A stretch of 64,000 bases of DNA from Raillietiella orientalis (taxonomy: Eukaryota). Below, piece by piece: positions 27,576 through 39,802 of this stretch; within the stretch, counting starts at the first letter, position 1, and the number at the start of each line of letters is the position of its first letter. The translations under genes and the position numbers were made by a program. Below the pieces are notes generated by a model. That model saw only the letters and a list, made by a program, of their open reading frames with translations. It did not search any database and was not told the origin of the DNA. The stretch covers positions 62,001 through 126,000 of the forward strand of contig JAYWIR010000032.1 of assembly GCA_036172245.1 (NCBI GenBank). The letters run 5' to 3'.

Positions 27576-29260
27576 ATGCCTGACGCGACCACCAGGGGTG
27601 GCCCGGGGACAGAGGCAACGCCGCTCCCAGAGGCGACGAAGAGCCAGCGGTCGGCGGCAACGTCGCCCCCAGAGGTGATGGAGGTGGGGGCATCCGCCCC
27701 CACAGAATCGGTCTCCCCTGCAGCGCGGGCAAGGAGCGCCGTGGTGTCGGCGCCATCGCCTGCAGCCGCGGCGGAATTGTCGGCCTATGTAGAGAAGGGG
27801 TACAACCCCTCATTGTTCTACAAGGTAGGCAATTTATATTCTTTAGAGAGCGCGCGCGCCTTCTCGAAGGGCATGCGCGCTCTCGATGTGAAAGAGAAGG
27901 AGCTGAGCGCTATGACCATCCGCAGCGGGAGTCAGTACGTTGAGGTCATCTGCAAACATGCAGAGATGGCACAACGACTGCTTAAAACCCCCGTTTTGAT
28001 AGAAACGCGCAGGCTCCTCCCCACTACAGCGGACCGCAACATGGTGGTCCACCTGTTAGGCGTCACCGCGCGAATGCGCAGAGAACAGGTTCCCGCCGCT
28101 TTGGAACAGTTCGGAACGGTCCACGCGCAATGGACGAAAGTAAGTCCTTTCGAGGACTACACGGGGCTGCAACCCGGCCTCACTGCTGCGCGCGTGACCG
28201 TTCGGGAAGGCTGCACTCTTCCCCACAAACTGGTGGTCGAAGGCGAAACCGTCGACCTCTGGTATGTGGGGAAGCCGAAATACTGTGGCTTCTGCAATAC
28301 GTCGGGCCACCTCAAAAAGAGGTGTCCCAATGTGCAGTGCCAAGTATGTGGCACAATGGGCCATACAAGGGAGGTGTGCCCAAAAGCATCAGTGCGGGTG
28401 GTTTCCAAGAGAAACCTTGATAAACGCGCCCGGCTTCTGCAGAAAAGGCTGGCGGCGAAAGCTGCCGCGAAGGCTGTGCCACCCGCGCCCAAGACCCAGG
28501 CCGCACCCGAGACCCCGGCGACCAACGCCGAAAAAGTTGAGAGAGCCGGTCAGGAGACTGAGTGCCAAGTGGCAACGGCAAAAAAATCAAAGAAGGAGAG
28601 GAGGATGGAAAACAAAATCGCCTACCAACAGAAGCAGAAAGAGCAGGGTAGCGCGATTATTAAGGATTGCAGCGTCGCTGTCGAACGCGTTCTCGATGTC
28701 GCCGAACGCTGCCAGAAAGAACTCGTTGCTACCGACGACCTCCCCTCTGTTGACTCTGTCAACAGCTAGGGGAGCAAGCCGACGGCGGCGTCCGTCATGG
28801 ACACCTCCATCGATGACTTAGCCTTCGCACGAGCCGCGGAGGAACTTGATGCCTCGTTGCAGCCAGAACCCTCAAAGGCTGGTAAGAAAGCCTTAAGGCG
28901 GCCGGCCTCCCCTCAGGAGTCCCCAACTACCGACTCCGAGGTGGACGCCGGAAGCGCAGCCTCCGTGTTCACGGCACCGCTCAAGAATTCTGTACGTAAG
29001 TCCACAAAGCCAAGGAAGCTCGTCTTTCCCGTCGAAGGGGAAGAGGTGGCTTCCGCAAGCGAGGGTGCCATGAGCGTGGGAAACTCTCGGGACCCATCGC
29101 CCGAGAGACTCTCACGCACTGACACGGAGGGATGGAGGGGATGGAGGGGGTGGAGGCCGAACAGGTGTCTCAGGTGCCTGAGAAGGCCGAAACCCCCATG
29201 GACATCCCGCCCGCCTTGCAAGAGGAGGGCTCCCCCACACCTTAATCTTCCAAGCAGTAA
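27576..29260 (+). pseudogene. A1 ORF1 (Gag-like nucleic-acid-binding protein, two CCHC knuckles)
   Basis: ATG 27576; CGFCNTSGHLKKRC and CQVCGTMGHTREVC; in-frame TAG at 28767-28769; frame continues, with a frameshifting ~10-nt duplication near 29130-29150, to TAA 29258-29260. Confidence 0.88.
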
Positions 29261-32200
29261 TGCAGCGAATCTCCTCCCGCCGTCGTCTGCGCATCGCCGT
29301 TTGGAACGTGAACGGCATGACAGACGCCGGCAGGAGACGAGACATGGCCGCCCTTCTGGAGTCCTACGACCTTGCGCTGCTGCAGAAGATCCACATGATC
29401 TCTGCAGAAAAAGCGCAAGAGATCGAACGAATCTCCGGAGGGCGGCTGTGGTACAGGTGTGGGAGAACGAAAAGTTGCGGTGTCGCCTACCTGCTTCGGA
29501 CAGCCGTCGAGGCCGCGGCTCGGGGCGTGCGGTTCGACGATCACGGTCGTGTCGGCCAGCTGACTCTCAGATGGTCCGACTCGATTGACCTGATCGTCAC
29601 GAACGTGTACGCACCGAGCGGCAAGGACCTGATGAACAGGAGGGCGAGGAAAGAGTTTTTCCTTGCCTTCCGGCGAGACTGGCTGACCGAAGCAGGCGTG
29701 CGGAATGCCCATCTGGTTGCAGGCGATTTCAACGTTCGCCTGAAACCAGATGGGCAGAATCCCGAGCGTGACCTGGGCAACGAGGTGTGCATCGCGGTGC
29801 ACACCTGTAATTGGTTGGTCAGTGCACCGATGATGGAAGACAGCATTGACCACGTGTTTCTTGACGAGCACCTGTGCCCTCGGGTGGGCAGGCGCGGCAA
29901 GTTACCGTGCGAGCAGTCCGACTATCGTCCGCTAGTCCTCGAGATTCAACCGCGCGACAGGGGCCCCCCCTCGTCAGCGTGGCGTCTCCCAGAGGACCGC
30001 CTGAAGCTCCCGGACGCGGCGGAACATCTCCACAGGTTCATGCGGAGCTTCAGGCTGCGGACACTCCAGGATTGAGACCGCTTCAAGCGGTCGGTCCAGG
30101 AGTTCTGCGACCAGTTCCCTCTGCACCGCCTACCTACGGATTTTGGGACCGGGGTCCGTAACGAACGAGCCTACCTCCAGGCCCGTCGTTACGCAAGAAC
30201 CCATGACATCCGCATACTGGCGGAATACAAAGCGGGAGCCGAGAGGCAAGCCTGGCAGTCTGGATCGGCCAGCTTACTTGACGATCAGGACGAGGAGCAC
30301 TAGGCAGCTGCCCAAATCCGCGGCCTGCTGCGAAGTTACTACTCCTCCCTGTATGCCAGGGCACCTCCGGAGAGGAACGTCTCACGACTCCTGCTTCCGG
30401 AAGGCGCTCCAGCGATCGGGGAGGAGCAGAGAAAGACCCTGGACGAGCCTTTCACGATGGACGAGATCCTCTCGGCCATCGGAAAGCTCAAAAGGCGAAA
30501 GGCTCCAGGGGAGAACGGCCTGCCCGCGGAGTTTTATCACACTTTCGCGGTTGAGCTTACCACTCTGGTACAGCAACTCACCTTGCTAATACGCGAAACA
30601 GGTGACGTTCCCGCCTCGTTTCGTTCGGCAAAGGTGCGGGTCCTCCCTAAAGGAGGAGATGTGAGGAGCATGAACAACTGGAGACCCATCACAATAGTGA
30701 ATGCGGACGCCAAGTTGCTGGCTAAGGTTTGGGCAGAGCGTCTGGGACGGGTTGCCAACATCTTCATCAGCCCGGAACAGACATATGCTGTTCCCGGGCG
30801 AAGCATGGACGCGAACCTGTTCCACGCTTCCATCTGGCTCGAGCTCCAACATGAAAGGAGCTTGGTGCGCAGCCGGAATTCCGGTGCGTGCGCCGGCAAG
30901 TGGTTGGATGGTCGGGTGGGGGACGGAGACCCTGCGGTCGCAATCGACTAGCGAAAAGCATTCGATTGCGTCGACCAGAATCTCCTTCTGGAGCTTCTGG
31001 AACGCCTGATCTTCCCTGCATCATTAGTGGCCTATCTGCGCTCCTGCTGGCGCGACGCACTCATCAATGTTACTTTCAGCGGGCAGACCGTGCACGGCGT
31101 GCCGGTGCGGCGTGGGATCCGGCAGGGAGACAACATGAGCCCCTTGCTCTTCAGTACCTACTTTGAGTTGATACTGAGAGCGTACAGGGGAACTCTGGCG
31201 CACCTGCCGCACGACTGTGCCGGTACGCCGGCCGTTTCAGCATACGCGGAAGACCTTCTGCTACTGCTCCCTATGTCCATCCCGGCTTCGGCGGTCGAGT
31301 AGTTCTTCGAACTGCTGCATCGGGGAAGCGTACTTACGGTGAACATTGCGAAGTCGTCCGTGATGCCAGTTGGTGCGGCGTGGGCAGGGCAGCAGGACTT
31401 GGTCCATTTGGAAATCTCCACGGTGAGGTACTACAAGTACCTTGGTCTGCCGATGGGGGACTACTCCCCTGCGGAAGCGTGGTCCGGCTGCCTCCATAAA
31501 GTAGAGACGGCGATCGGCCCGTTTCGAGGCGGCAGGTTTTTCCTGCCTGAACGGGCCGCGGTTTGGAACACGTTCGCGGCTTTTTTCCTCCGCTCCCTGC
31601 TTTTTGTTTGCCCCGTCACAGAGAGGATCAGAAAGCAGACTAAGGACCTCCTCCGTATCGCCCTTCGGGGCAACGGGAGGGTCCGAGTCCGCTTGAAGAA
31701 CTTGTGCGCTACTCGTCGGGATGGTGGTCCGGGCCTCCTGACGCTGGAGCGGCTGGAGCTTCAGCTCCAGTTCCGCTTGTAGGCACTCGTTCCAGAGTTC
31801 TGGTGCACCTGTTGTTGCGTCCCTGCACGTCTCCTACTCCAGCAAGCCACCGGCAAGACGGGACTGACGTCGTTTCTTGCAATCCGTCGCCGCGTCATCC
31901 GATGCGGACTCCAGCTACGGACTGTGGCTGCGCTGTATCGGAAAAACCCAGGATTGCTCACCTGTCGCCCGTTGAACTGTAGTGCCTGGTTGCAGGAAAC
32001 CATTCGAACGTGTGGACAGTTCGGCATGCAACTCTCCCAACAGGAACGAAGGTTCCTGTTTGGGGGTTACAGAACTTGCACGCTCCGCGAGATTCTGGAG
32101 GATCCAAAGAAGAAAGCGTGGGCAGGAAGAACCCCCTTCGCTGCTGCGCTGCCCTTTCTGATGGAAGATCTGGACAGAGATGTTGCGGCGAAGTGGGTGG

Positions 32201-32835
32201 TTACAGTAACAATCTCCGGAAAGGAGAAGAAGTTAGGAGAGTGAAAGACGGGCCAGTTAGCAGACGCTGCGACCCCGAGTACGCCTCCCAATGGACTTCT
32301 GCGCTGAAGCACGCTGCTCGATGTTCCCATTGAACATCTGAAGTGGCCCCCGGTGCTCATGACCACTTTCGCCCTCCCCTTAAAATGGCAGGAGTCGGCT
32401 CTCCTGTTGCAGCACTGTGGACTTCCCTGCAACGCCCGCCGACACCACTGGACCTGGGGAGCGGTGGACCCCAATTGCGTCAATTGTGGGGAACGGGAGT
32501 CCCTCCCCCACCTGCTAGTGGATTGTGTTGCCCTTTGACCTTTTTGGTTTCGCTTTGCAGCGGCCATCGGTATCCCCTGCGGCAACCCCAGAGACGCACT
32601 GAAAGCCCTCTTCGTTGCCGACGGCCTTCAGCCAGCGGCCTCGTTAGCAGCTTTGTGCTGCTTACGCGGGATCGTCACCGCTTGGAGCAAGGCTACGGGA
32701 GGACAACGCGACCAGGGTGCCATCCAGCCAGCCTCCCAGTTCCTGAGGTGGGCGTTTCGATGGCCCCACCTGGATCGAGGAATACAGAAGGAGCTTTCCG
32801 GCATCCTGCAAAGGATGCAACGGCCCCACCAGTAA
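29260..32835 (+). pseudogene. A1 ORF2 (APE endonuclease + reverse transcriptase + C-terminal zinc finger), 1192 codons in one frame with several nonsense mutations
   Basis: WNVNG, NVYAP, GDFN, IDHV; KAPG, NWRPIT, RKAFD, GIRQGDNMSPLLF, YAED (mutated YADD), YLG; CVNCGERESLPHLLVDC. All ORF-track pieces 29260/30457/31027/31339/31924/32353/32653 share one frame. Confidence 0.93.
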
Positions 32836-33060
32836 CTGTGATCCCTTCCCTTACCCTCCCAACTTTTTCTTTTTTTTTTTGTTTTGTTTTTCGTTTTTCC
32901 CCCTTCCCCCTGCTGCCGTGGTAAACCGTACCGGTCTGCGAACCGGTGAACCGGCAGGCTCTGTGTTTCTTCGTGCGTGGCTGGAGCAATGGTCTAGCCA
33001 CCGCACGTCTTTGTAAAAGTTTATTTTACAATAAACGCCCCGGCGAAATCCGGGTGAAAT

Positions 33061-33075
33061 TCGAACGCCTAGCGT
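33061..33075 (+). other. 15-nt TSD-like spacer between A1 and A2
   Basis: tcgaacgcctagcgt; 14/15 identical to the 15-mer on the other side of A2. Confidence 0.88.
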
Positions 33076-36000
33076 GCTGCAGGGTGGACGTGTTTTCTCG
33101 GTGCTCGTCGTGCCAGGAAGCCTCCCCCAGTGCAAGCGTCGTGTGGTTCGGTGCTCAATCAGGCAGCGATGCCTGGCGCGATTACCAGGGATGGCCAAGA
33201 GGCAGCGGGAACGCCGCCCCCAGAGACGATGGCGGTAAGAGCATCAGCTTCCACAGAATAGTCCCCGCTGCAGCGCGGGCGTGGAGCGCCGTTGTGTCGG
33301 AGCCATCGCCTGCAGCCGCGGCGGAATTGTCGGCCTATGTAGACGAGGGGTACAACCCCTTATTGTACTACAAGGTAGGCAATCTATATTCTTCAGAAAG
33401 CGCGCGCGCCTTCTCGAAGGGCATACGCGCTCTCGATGTGAAAGAGGAGGACCTCAACGCTATGACCATTCGCAGCGGGGGTCAGTACGTAGACTTTATC
33501 TGCAACAATCAGAACTGGCCCAACGACTGCTTAAAAACCCTGTGGTGTTAGGGACGCGCAAACTCCTCCCTATTACGGCGGACTGCAGCATGGTGGTCCA
33601 CCTGTTAGGTGTTACCGCGCGGATACGCAGGGAACAGGTTCGCGCCGCGTTGGTGGAATACGGAACGGTCCAGGCGCAGTGGACGAAAGTTAGTCCTTTC
33701 GACCTCTACACGGGGCTCCCACACGGCCTCACGGCTGCGCGCGTGACCGTTCGGGAGGGCTGCACTCTTCCCCAAAACTGGTGGTCGAAAACGAAACCGC
33801 CGACCACAAGTTTGTAGGGAAGCCGAAATACTGTGACTTCTGTAATACGTCGGGTCACCTCAAAAAGAGACGTACCAACGTGCAGTGCAAAGTATGCTGC
33901 ACAATGGGACACACGAGGGAGATGTGCCTTAAAGCAGCAGTGCGAGTGGTTTCCAAGAGAAACCTTAAAAAACGCGCCCGGCTTCTGCAGAAAAGACTGG
34001 CGGCGAAAGCTGCCGCGTAGGCTGTGCCACCCGCGTCCAAGACATAGGCCGCATCCGCGACCCCGGCGACCAACGCCGAAAAAGTTGGAAGAGCAGACCA
34101 GGAGACTAAGTGGCAAATGGCAACGGCCAAAAAATCAAAGAAGGAGAGGAGGATGAAAAAGAAAATCGCCTACCAACAGAAGAAGAAAGAGCAAACTAGC
34201 GCGATAATTAAACAGTGCAGCGTCGTCGTCGAACGCGTTCCCGATGTTGCCGAACGCTGCCAGAAAGAACTCGTTGCTACCGACGACCTCCCCTCTGTTG
34301 ACTCTGTCAACAGCTAGGGGAGCAAGCCGACGGCGGCGTCCGTCATGGACACCTCCATCGATGACTTAGCCTTCGCACGAGCCGCGGAGGAACTTGATGC
34401 CTCGTTGCAGCCAGAACCCTCAAAGGCTGGTAAGAAAGCCGTAAGGCGGCCGGCCTCCCCTCAGGAGTCCTCCACTTCCGGCCCCGAGGTGGAGGCCTGA
34501 AGCGCAGCCTCCGTTTCTACGACACCACGCAAGAAAACTGGACGTAAATTTACAAAGCCGAGGAAGCTCGGCTCACCCGTCGATGGGGAAGAGATAGCTT
34601 CCGCAAGCGATGGGGCCATGAGCGTGGGAAACTCTCAAGACCCGTCGCCCGAGAGACTCCCACGCGTGGACACGGAAGGGATGGAGGGGGTGGAGGCCGA
34701 ACAGGTGCATCAGGTGCCTGAGAAGGCTGCAACCCCCATGGACATCCCGCCCGCCTCTTGCGAGGCGGGCTCCCCCACACTTAAATCTTCCCAGAAGTAA
34801 TACCGGGAATCTCCTCCCGCCGTCGTCTGCGCATCACCGTTTGGAACGTGAACGGCATGAAAGACGCCGGCAGGAGAGAAGAGATGGCCGCCGTTCTAGA
34901 GTACTACGACCTTGGGCTGCTGCAGGAGATCCACGTGATCTCTGCAAAACAAGCGCAAGCGATCGAACGCATCTCCGGAGGGCAGCTATGGCACAGGTGT
35001 GGGAGAGCGAAAAGTCTCGGTGTAGCCTACCTGCTTCGGCCAGCCGTCCAGGCCGCGGCTCAGGGCGTGCGGTTGGACGATCACGGTCGTGTCGAACAGC
35101 TGACTTTCAGGTGGTTCGACTGGATGGATCTGATCGTCACGAACGTGTACACACAGAGCGGCGCAGACCTAAAGACCAGGAGGGCGAGGAAAGTTTTTCC
35201 TTGCCCTCCGCCGGGACTCGCTGACCGAAGCAGGAGTGCGGAATGCCCATCTGGTTGCAGGCGATTTCAACGTTCGCCTGAAACCAGATGGGCAGATTCC
35301 CGAGCGTGACCTGGTAAACGAGGTGTGCATGGCAATGCACACCTGTAATTTGTCGACAAGCGCACCAGGGATGGAAGACAGCATTGACGACGTGTTGCTT
35401 GAGGAGCACCTGTGCCCTCGCGTGGGCAGGCGCAGCAAGTTACCGTGCAAGCTGTCCGACAATCGCCCGCTAGTCCGCAAAATTCATCCGCGCGACAGGG
35501 GCCCCCCCTCGTCAGCGTGGCGTCTTTTAGCAGTCTGGCTGAAGCTCCCGGACGCGGCGGAACATCTCCGCACGTTCATACGGAGCTTCAGGCTGCGGAA
35601 ACTCCAGGATTGGGACCGCTTCAAGCGGTCGGTCCAGGAGTTCTGCGACCAGTTCCCTCTCCTCCGACTACCCACGGGTTTTGGGACCGGGGTCAGTAAT
35701 GAACGAGTTTACCTGCAGGCCCGTCGTTACGCCAAAAACCTTGACATCCGCAGACTGGCGGAATACAAAGCAAGAGCTAAGAGGCAAGGCTGGCAGTCCG
35801 GATCGGTCAGCTTGCTGGACGATCAGGGCCAGGAGCACACGGCACTCACCCAAATCCGCGGCCTGCTGCGGAGTTACTACTCCTTCATGTATGCCAGGGC
35901 ACCTCCGGAGAGGAACGTCTCACAACTGCTGCTTCCGGAAGGCTCTCGAGCGCTCGGGGAGGAGGAGAGAAAAACCCTGGACGAGCCTTTCACGATGGAA

Positions 36001-38589
36001 GAGATCCTCTCGGCCATCGGAAATCAAAGAGGAGCAAGCCTCCAGGGAAGGACGGCCTGCCCGCGGAGTTCTACCAAACTTTCGCGGCTGAGCTTACCCC
36101 CCTGGTACGGCAACTCACTTTGCTGATACGCTAGACAGGTGGTTTTCCCGGCTCGTATCGTTCGGCAAAGGTGCGGCTTCTCCCTAAGGGAGGAGATATG
36201 AGTAGCATAAACAACTGGCGTTTCATCACAATCGTGAATGTGGACGCAAAGTTGCTGGCTCAGGTTTGGGCAGAGAGTCAAGGAAGGGTTGCAAACATCT
36301 TCATCAGCCTGGAACAGACATATGCCGTTCACGGGCGAAGCATGGACGCGAACCTGTTCCACGCTTCCATCTGGCTCGAGCTCCAACATGAAAGGAGCTT
36401 GGTGCGCAGCCGGAATTCCGGTGCGTGCGCCGGCAAGTGGTTGGATGGTCGGGTGGGGGAGGGAGCCCCTGCGGTCGCAATCGACTGGCGAAAAGCATTC
36501 GATTGCGTCGACCAGAATCTTTTTTTAGAGTTTCTGGAACGCTTGGGCTTCCCGGCCTCATTAGTGGCCTGTCTGCGCTCCTGCTAGCGCGACGCCCTCA
36601 TCAACGTTACTTTCAGCGGACCGACCGTGCACGGCGTGCCGCTGAGGCTTGGGATCCGGCAGGGAGACAGCCTCAGCCTTTTGCTCTTGAGTACCTACTT
36701 TGAGTTGGTACTGAGAACGTCCAGGGGAATTCTGGCGCACCTGCCGCACGACTGTGCCGGTACGCAGGCCGTCTCAGCGTACACGCACGTCCTTCTGCTG
36801 CGGCTCTTTATGTCCACCTTGGCTGCGGCGGTGGAGGAGTTCTTCGACCTGCTGCATCGGGGAAGCGGACTTACGGTGAAAAGGGCGAAGACGTCCGTGA
36901 TGCCAGTTGGTGCGTCGTGGGAAGAGCAGAAGGACTGGGTCCGTTTGGGGATCCCCACGGTGAAGCACTTTAAGTACCTTGGTGTGCCGTTGGGGAACTA
37001 CTCCCCTGCGGAAGCGTGATCCGGTGGCCTTCAAAAAGTAGAGACGGCGCTCGGCTTGTACCGAGGAGGCAGGTTTTTGCTGCCTGAACGGCCCGCGGTT
37101 TGGAACACGTTCGCGGCACCTCTTCTCCCTGCATTTTCTGTGTTCCCACAGGGAGAGAATTAGAAAGCGGACAAAGGACCTCCTCCGTATCGCCCTTAGG
37201 GGCAACAGGAGGGCCCGATTCCGCTTAAAGGACCTGTGCGCTCCTCTTTGGGACGTTGGTATGGGCCTCCTGACGCTGGAGCGGCTAAAGCTTCAGCTTC
37301 AGTTCCGATTGTCGACACTGGTCCCAGAGTTGTGTTGACGCTGTTGGTCGTCCCTGCACGTCTTCTTCTCCAGCAAGCCACCGGCAAGACGGGATTGAGG
37401 TCGTTTCTTGCACTTCGTCGCCGCATCAACCGATGGGGACTCCAGCTACGGAGGGTGGCTGCGCTGTACCGGAAAAAGCCAGGATTGCTCACCTGTCGCC
37501 CTTAGGACGGTAGTGCCTGGTTGCAGGAAACCGTTCAAACGTGGAGACAGTTCGGCATGCAACGCTCTTAACAGTAACGAAGGTTCCTCTTTGGGGGTTA
37601 CAGAAGTTGCACGCTCCGCGAGATCCTTGAGGATCCAAAGAAGACAGCGTAAGCAGTAAGAACCCCCGCGTTGCTGCGCTGCCCAACCTGATAGAAGATC
37701 TGAACAGCGATGATGCGGCGAAGTGGAAGGTTACAGTAACAATCTCCGGAAAGGTGAAGAAGATACCAGAGTGGAAGACGGGCCAGTGAACAGACGCTGA
37801 GTCCCCGAGTACGCCTCCCAATGGACTTCTACGCTGAGGCGCACAGCTCGACGTTCCCATTGAACGTTTGAAGTGGCCCCAGGTACCAATGAACACCTTT
37901 ACCCTCCCCTTTAAATGGAAGGAGTCGGCATTCCTATTGCAGAACTGGTGACTCTCCTGCAACTCCCGCCGTCTCCACTGGACCTGGGGAGCAGTGGACC
38001 CCAATTGCGTCAGGTGTGGGGAACGGAAGTCCCTCCCCCACTTGATAGTGGATTGTGTTGCCCTTCGGCCCCTTTGGTTTCGCTTTGCCGCGGCTATCAG
38101 TATCCTCTGCGGCAACCTCAGGGACGCACTGAAAGCCCTCTTCGTTGCCGACGCCCTTCGGCCAGCTGCCTCGTTAGCAGCTTTGTGCTGCCTACGCGGG
38201 ATACTCACCGCTTGGAGCAAATCAACGGGAGGTGAACGCGTCCAGGGTGTCATCCAGAAAGCCTACCAGTTCCTGAGGAGAGCGTCGCGATGGCTCCACC
38301 TGGATCCAAGCATGCAGCAAGATCTTGTCGGCATCCTGCAAAGGATGCAACGGCCCCACCAGCTACAGTGAACCCTTCTCGTACCCTCCCAGTTTTTTCT
38401 TTTTCTTTTGTTTTGTTTTTACTTTTTCCTCCTTCCCCCTGCCGCCGTGGTTGACCGTGCCGGTCTGCGAACCAGTGACCCGTCACGCTCTGTGTTTCTT
38501 CGTGCGTGGCTGGAGCAATGGTCCAGCCACCGCACGTCTTTGCAAATGTTTCTTTTACAATGAACGCCCGGGCGAAATCCGGGTGAAAA
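33076..38589 (+). mobile_element. Full-length family A copy 2 (more decayed), head-to-tail with A1
   Basis: Colinear with A1 over ~5.5 kb; many stops and frameshifts; YADD degenerated to YTHV; flanked by 15-nt direct repeats. Confidence 0.96.
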
Positions 38590-38604
38590 TCGAACGCCTT
38601 GCGT
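38590..38604 (+). other. 15-nt TSD-like spacer between A2 and A3 (antisense of codons for RKAFD)
   Basis: tcgaacgccttgcgt; reverse complement a cgc aag gcg ttc ga. Confidence 0.88.
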
Positions 38605-39802
38605 GCTCCAGGGTGGACGTGTTTTCTGGTTGCTCCTCGTGCCAGGAAGTCTGTCTCAGTGCAAGCGTCGTGTGGTTCGGTGGTCGATCAGGCAGCGATG
38701 CCTGAAGCGACCACCAGGGATGGCCAGGGGGCAGCGGAAACAACGCCCCCAGAGGCGATGGAGAGCAAGGGGGCGGCGGCAACGTCGCCCCCAGAGGCGA
38801 TGGAGGTGGATGCATTCGCCCCCACAGAATCGGTTCCCGCTGCAGCGGGGGCGTGGAATGCCGTTGTGTCGGCAACATCGCCTGCAGCCGCGGCGGAATT
38901 GTCGGCCTATGTAGAGAAGGGGTAAAACCCCTCACTGTTCTCCAAGGTAGGCAACCTTTACTCTTTAGAGAGCGCGCGCGCCTTCTCTAAGGGACTCCGC
39001 GCTCTCGATGTGAAAGAGGAGGACCCCAGCGCTATGACCTTTCGCAGCGGGGAACAGTACTTTGAGGTCATCTGCAAACAAGCAGAGCTGGCATAACGAC
39101 TGCTTAAATCTCCCGTTGTGATATGGACGCGCCGGCTTCTCCCTACTACGGCGGACCGTAGAATGGTGGTTTACCTGTTAGGCGGAACCGCGCAAATGCG
39201 CAAAGAACAGGTTCGCATTGCTCTAGAGCAATTTGCAACGGTCCACGCGCAGTGGACGAACGTTAGTCCTTTCGAGGACTACACAGGACTGCAACACGGT
39301 TTCACGGCTGCGCGCGTGACCGTTCGGGAAGGCTGCACTCTTCACCACAAACTGGTGGTCGAAGGCGAAACCGTCGACCTCTAGTATGTGGAGAAGCCGA
39401 AATACTGCGGCTTCTGCAATACGTCGTGCCACCTCGAAAAGAGGTGTCCCAACGTGCAGTGCCAAGTATCCGGCACATTGGGTCACACGAGGGAGGTGTG
39501 CGCAAAAGCAGCAGCGCAGGTTGTTTCCAAGAGAATCCTTAAAAACCCAGCCCGGCTTCTGAAGATAAGGCTTGCGGCGAAAGCTGCCGCGAAGGCTGTG
39601 TTTTCCGCGCCCAAGACCCAGGGCACACCCGAGACTCCGGCGACCAGCACCGAAAAAGTTGAAGTAGCCGTCCAGGAGAATGGGTTGCAATTGGCAACAG
39701 CAAAAAATTAAAGAAGGTGAGGAGTTCAGAAAAAAAGCTTGCGAACCGCCAGAAAAAACAGGAGGCAAGCAAGAAGATAGAAGAATGCAGCCTTGTCGTT
39801 CA
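38605..39802 (+). mobile_element. Family A copy 3, 5'UTR and most of ORF1, cut by the 3' end of C2
   Basis: Homologous to A1 27483-~28680; knuckle CGFCNTSCHLEKRC. Confidence 0.93.

Larger units (their letters stand above)
27483..33060 (+). mobile_element. Full-length (~5.6 kb) L1/Tx1-like retrotransposon, family A copy 1 (inactive)
   Basis: 5'UTR shared with A2/A3/A5, ORF1, ORF2, structured 3'UTR with AATAAA (33030-33035) and terminal CCCGG-CGAAAT-CCGGG hairpin. Confidence 0.96.

Noticed and set aside
33061..33075. Target could be the tRNA T-loop/B-box (GTTCGA on the minus strand)
   Set aside because: Two of the five sites lack the G (ATTCGA, TTTCGA), there is no cloverleaf, and the upstream AARGC conservation fits Lys-Ala codons
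33040..33180. Repeated inter-element segments read as LTRs
   Set aside because: They are 3'UTR + 15-mer + 5'UTR of head-to-tail non-LTR elements; no integrase, protease, PBS or TG..CA ends
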